DNA of 64,000 nucleotides from NCBI GenBank assembly GCA_000165345.1, contig CM000430.1, positions 704,001 to 768,000 of the forward strand, read 5' to 3'. Shown piece by piece: positions 60,173 to 64,000 of this stretch (position 1 is its first letter; each line of letters starts with the position of its first letter). The notes under the pieces were generated by a model. It saw only the letters and a program-made list of their open reading frames with translations, ran no database searches and was not told where the DNA came from. The position numbers and the translations under genes were made by a program.

Positions 60173-61975
60173 TTAAAGTAAAATAGAAGTCTGTTGATTA
60201 TTTTTATTGCTATCTCTGTCTGATGATAAAAAGTCAGACTTAAAAGGATCATTAGCAGGTGGAGATTTTGCTGAAACAAAATCAAATATGCCAAACTCAT
60301 CATCTTCATAAGTACTGGCACTATAGTTGTTATTATTAGCCTGTAAACTTTTCTCTTCAAAATCGAAAGTATCAGTAATACTATTATTATTATTGTTATG
60401 ATCATCGCCATAATAATTGTTTCTAATATTAGTATTAAAATTATCATGGGATGTAGAAGATGAATTAAATATATCATCAAAATCATCAAGTACATTCTTT
60501 CCATGCACTGGTAGTACTTGTTTTGGTGCTGATAACGTTGTTGATACTGTTTCTGATATTGGTAGTGATATTGATTCTGGTACTGTTTCTGAATTGTGTA
60601 CTAGTATCTTTTCTGATTCTTGTCCTATATTTATAATAGAATCATCATTCAAGTTTTTACTAGTATCAATAAAATCGTCAAAATCAAATTGATTTTGAGA
60701 GGAAGAGATTTCATGGTTGTTATTATTACTATAGACAAACTTCCCTGTGATATCATTATCATCTTTTTCTGGAGAATTATAATCAGAAAAATCATCAAAT
60801 ACATTGTTAACTTGCACGATATTGCTTTTTTGATTATCTATATGATTTACTTGATTGTTACTTTGATAATTATAAGTTTCACTGAAACTAATTTGATCAT
60901 TTTCTTGATCAAAATAATTTCCATTATTTTTCAAAGTTGTTATTCCCATTTCTGATTCATAATATTCATTATTTCTTGTATCAATATCATTCTTATTATT
61001 TATAATATAATTATTGTTTGGAGAATTTCCACTTGTAAAATCTCCAAAATCTTTATTTTCTATTATAGGAGACAACATGTTATTATTATTATTATCATTA
61101 TTATTATTAAAATCTTTATATTCTATTGGATCATTTTGATCCCCAAAAATGATCTCATTATTTACTTGATTTAATCTCAAATCTGTGTTACCAATACTAA
61201 AGTCATCTAAATTCTCTTTAATCGGAACAAAATCAAAAGATTCCTCACCCTTATAATTATCAAAGAATTCTTTATCCCAATTATCATTTTGAAGTTGGTT
61301 ATTATTCGAATCGTTTCCTTGAAAACTTATATCAGCCATATTCTCATCAAAATATAAATCTTCTTCTATATTATTTTCTACACTATTACCAATCAGAGTT
61401 GGATTTGAATTGAAAAATGTTGTATTTATTACTTTTTCATTTAATTGATTAGATCCAATACCTCCTGTTCCAACTCCTCTGTCGCTATTAACAGCAAAAC
61501 CATGACGATTATTGCTATTAAAACCACCATTAACTTCCACTTCTTCATCTTCTTCATCTTCTTCACCATCTGACCACCAATCATTGCTAATTTTGTTTTC
61601 GTTTCTTTCTATTCTCCCTCCTATTCCCATACTTGAACCACCTCCACCCATCCAAATATCAGCTCCTCTTGCTCCAATACTACCACCTTCTATATTAGCA
61701 TCCCTTACTCCCAATAAATTACTAGGATTTTGCTTTGTATTTGAATTAGAAAGCTTTGCTGCAATTTCTTCAGCTGAAAGTGGAGTAGCAGCTAATTCAT
61801 CCACTAAATCATCTTCCATCAACAAAGAATCTATTTCATATTCTGTTTGATCATTTCTCGTCTTATTAAATCCTCTATAATGAAAATTTGGACCTGTTGA
61901 TCTCGTACTTCCAGAGAAATATGTCACACAGTTACATAATGAAGATACTGTTCTTGCTAAAATTAGCTGAATCAT
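60173..61975 (-). CDS. Hypothetical acidic, Asn-rich, largely disordered protein with many short DxF-type motifs
   Basis: It is a 600-aa ATG-initiated ORF whose upstream leader is pyrimidine-rich on the plus strand (purine-rich in sense), as for other genes here. Motifs include DFGDF, LDDFDDIF, FDFDDF, FDDFSDY, NDPFKSDF and WWSDGEEDEEDEE. Confidence 0.55.
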   Translation of the reverse strand: MIQLILARTVSSLCNCVTYFSGSTRSTGPNFHYRGFNKTRNDQTEYEIDSLLMEDDLVDELAATPLSAEEIAAKLSNSNTKQNPSNLLGVRDANIEGGSIGARGADIWMGGGGSSMGIGGRIERNENKISNDWWSDGEEDEEDEEVEVNGGFNSNNRHGFAVNSDRGVGTGGIGSNQLNEKVINTTFFNSNPTLIGNSVENNIEEDLYFDENMADISFQGNDSNNNQLQNDNWDKEFFDNYKGEESFDFVPIKENLDDFSIGNTDLRLNQVNNEIIFGDQNDPIEYKDFNNNNDNNNNNMLSPIIENKDFGDFTSGNSPNNNYIINNKNDIDTRNNEYYESEMGITTLKNNGNYFDQENDQISFSETYNYQSNNQVNHIDNQKSNIVQVNNVFDDFSDYNSPEKDDNDITGKFVYSNNNNHEISSSQNQFDFDDFIDTSKNLNDDSIINIGQESEKILVHNSETVPESISLPISETVSTTLSAPKQVLPVHGKNVLDDFDDIFNSSSTSHDNFNTNIRNNYYGDDHNNNNNSITDTFDFEEKSLQANNNNYSASTYEDDEFGIFDFVSAKSPPANDPFKSDFLSSDRDSNKNNQQTSILL

Positions 61976-62689
61976 TTAATATAATAACAAATATAAATTT
62001 TATGCATAAATATATCTGTTTATTATATTATTCACTCTAACTCCTCCTATTAATTCACAAATTGATTAATTCTTATTTAATATTAACAACTTTATTCAAT
62101 CAATTATTAATTGATGTATGATTCCCACAGTTTTCTCAGTTTAAGCTCTTAAGAAAAAAAAATAGAAGACAATAATACACTTTTTATACTTGAATATATT
62201 TGCTCTTTGTAGATTTTAATCCTCAAATTTTTTCCTTCTATTCTCTTCTTATTGATAATTTTTCTTATCAGCAAACCCCTTAATTCTCTACACTTACTAT
62301 TTCTTTCTTTTTATTTCTTCTCTTACTTCACTTCGCTTCCTCTTTCTGTATTTCTATATATATAAATGTATACAATTCTAATTTATTTATTTTTTTCTTG
62401 TTCTCAAATACATAGAGTTTTTACTCGAATTATTGATCAAATTAACTCTATATTTTCACAAACATATATATTGTAATAATAATAAACTACTATTATTCCT
62501 TTTAAAGTTCACCTTTTCTCTCCTCACACTCTTCTATATAGTGACCCACGTTATTATTTGTACTTTTTAAAGAAAAAAATTCAAATTTTCACGTATTTCA
62601 CCTAATTTTCTTTTTTTTTCACACTTATCAACCTTGATTTTACCTTACCATACGCAACAGCCCGCCCATCTTGAACTACACATGCATTA

Positions 62690-62702
62690 GGCGCGCGCGC
62701 CC
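62690..62702. promoter_or_regulatory. GGCGCGCGCGCCC box preceded by CCCGCCC (62661-62667) and CATGCAT
   Basis: It is an isolated GC block in AT-rich intergenic DNA upstream of the minus-strand gene 60173..61975. Confidence 0.5.
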
Positions 62703-63833
62703 GACTCGATACTCTAGTATAAAGTAGACATAAAAAGATATATATTTATATTCATATATATATTTATTTATATATAAATAAATAAGGTAAAGAATAATAA
62801 AAGACATAAATTTTTGGAAATTAGTATTAATAATAAAAATAGTAAAAAATAATAAATAATGCAAAAAAAAAAAACTGTATTAAAAATCAATGATAATTAT
62901 TGAATCAATTAATTCAGTTTGGTGATTCTTGGTGGCTTTTTTTTTTTTTTCAATTAAAAAAAAATATTTATATATTTTCTAATAACTTTATTGTATTTAA
63001 TACCTATATTAAATATAATAATGTTAAGTCACCTTGAACTACTATAACTCGATATATTAAAGACAAAGAACGAAAGTATTAGTTTACAAATGTAATACCG
63101 AAAATTTAGGAATTATTTAATATTGTTTGATTTTAAATGGGTATGGATTAATTATAATTGGCTTTATTAATAAGTGTATTTATGATAAATTATTTTGGAA
63201 ATTTCAAGAATCTTTATTAATCCTCTCATTTGATAATTAATCAAACGATATTATATTAATTTTGGTCAAAATATTATTTCGAATAATTTCGATCTATTAT
63301 TGCCTTAATTACGACTATATTATAAATACTAAATATGAATAAATAGTCCGTAAAGTTAACAATACTTCCGTATATATATTTATAAAGGGAAAAATTATAA
63401 TAATTAAAAGATAATTAATACTAGAGAACAGATAAATAATCGAAAACAAAACTTCATTTTTTTTTTCGAATAAATTTTCCCTTTACCGACTTAATATTTC
63501 CAATATATTTTCGAATTAAATAATGAGGAAATTGGTTTCTCTGTATATTGCTCCTCTTTGTCGAAGAATGTAATAAGTCTGTATTGCAAACTGGAAATCA
63601 AAACTATATATATTTAGTCTTGACAGCAAAGAGCTTAATAGTATATACATGCATATATTTATACTTAGTATATTTATCCAGTATATACCACTCGGAATGT
63701 ACTTGAATTCATTATCCATATTTACAGTAATATAGAATAACAATTATCTTTCAACAGTGAAGAAGAGAAAGAAAGAAGAAAAGTAATCTGAGTAACATTT
63801 AACCATTGAATGGCCAAATTTCAATTTAAAATG

Positions 63834-63950
63834 CTTTCTGTGATGACAAAAATTAACGTTTCTCAACATTCGCAGTGTTGTACCGAAATGGAGATCTTAA
63901 ATATGCGCATTTAAGACTCTATGATGGACTTCCTTAGATGTCTGAGAGAG
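63834..63950 (+). ncRNA. SNORD14: U14 box C/D snoRNA (18S rRNA processing and 2'-O-methylation guide)
   Basis: Box C GUGAUGA is at 63840-63846 and box D CUGA at 63942-63945. A terminal stem pairs CUUUC (63834-63838) with GAGAG (63946-63950). The 13 nt directly 5' of box D (CUUCCUUAGAUGU, 63929-63941) are the exact complement of the conserved 18S segment ACAUCUAAGGAAG (domain B). CAACAUUCGCAG (63864-63875) complements the 18S 5' region CUGCGAAUG (domain A). A C'-like UGAUGG lies at 63922-63927. Confidence 0.8.
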
Positions 63951-64000
63951 CATTTTAAAGATATTTACGACTCCATCCTTCATTTAGCTTAGTGTATGAA

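Noticed and set aside
63516-63743. A 75-aa minus-strand ORF (internal ATG gives MDNEFKYIPSGIYWINIL...)
   Set aside because: No family was recognised. The flank at 63757-63810 is purine-rich on the plus strand, the opposite of the pattern seen upstream of every confident minus-strand gene here. A small membrane protein cannot be excluded.
63952-64000. A short minus-strand frame ending ...SYTKLNEGWSRKYL* at the window edge
   Set aside because: Only 14 codons are visible. That is too little to distinguish the 3' end of a gene from chance.

Overview
This is an AT-rich, gene-dense eukaryotic nuclear segment, not prokaryotic. I call 24 protein-coding genes and one snoRNA in 64 kb. Three lines of evidence point to an apicomplexan, most likely a Cryptosporidium-like genome (inference; no database search was possible):

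- an ApiAP2 transcription factor is present;
- introns are few and short, and all 10 inferred introns start GTAAGT;
- GGCGCC / GGCGGGAAA (E2F-type) and TGCATGCA boxes recur in almost every 5' intergenic region.

Housekeeping genes recognisable from motifs are Rpn12, a FAM76 homologue, a dynamin-related GTPase, ARF1, a PDCD2/Tsr4-like protein, SDA1, telomerase reverse transcriptase, a USP-type deubiquitinase, SF3B2, an FG-nucleoporin (Nsp1/Nup62-like), a multi-PHD chromatin protein and a tRNA-dihydrouridine synthase. More unusual content:

- a tandem pair of paralogous signal-peptide proteins built around Arg/Ser (SKSR, RDNSR, SRTR) repeat arrays;
- a four-exon GT90/CAP10-like glycosyltransferase with an in-frame 63-nt intron;
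- a PrsW-like intramembrane protease lying tail-to-tail with a DusA-like gene;
- a U14 C/D snoRNA near the window end;
- an atypically long 521-nt SDA1 intron with nested long-range helices;
- a recurring non-coding 9-mer, CCGGTATAG, that I cannot assign to a known factor.

The supplied ORF track accepts non-ATG starts and omits ORFs open at the window edge. I therefore trimmed several 5' ends to the first ATG and added one edge-truncated gene (1..2601, minus). All family calls rest on motif recognition from memory. No tRNA, rRNA, transposon or CRISPR array was seen.
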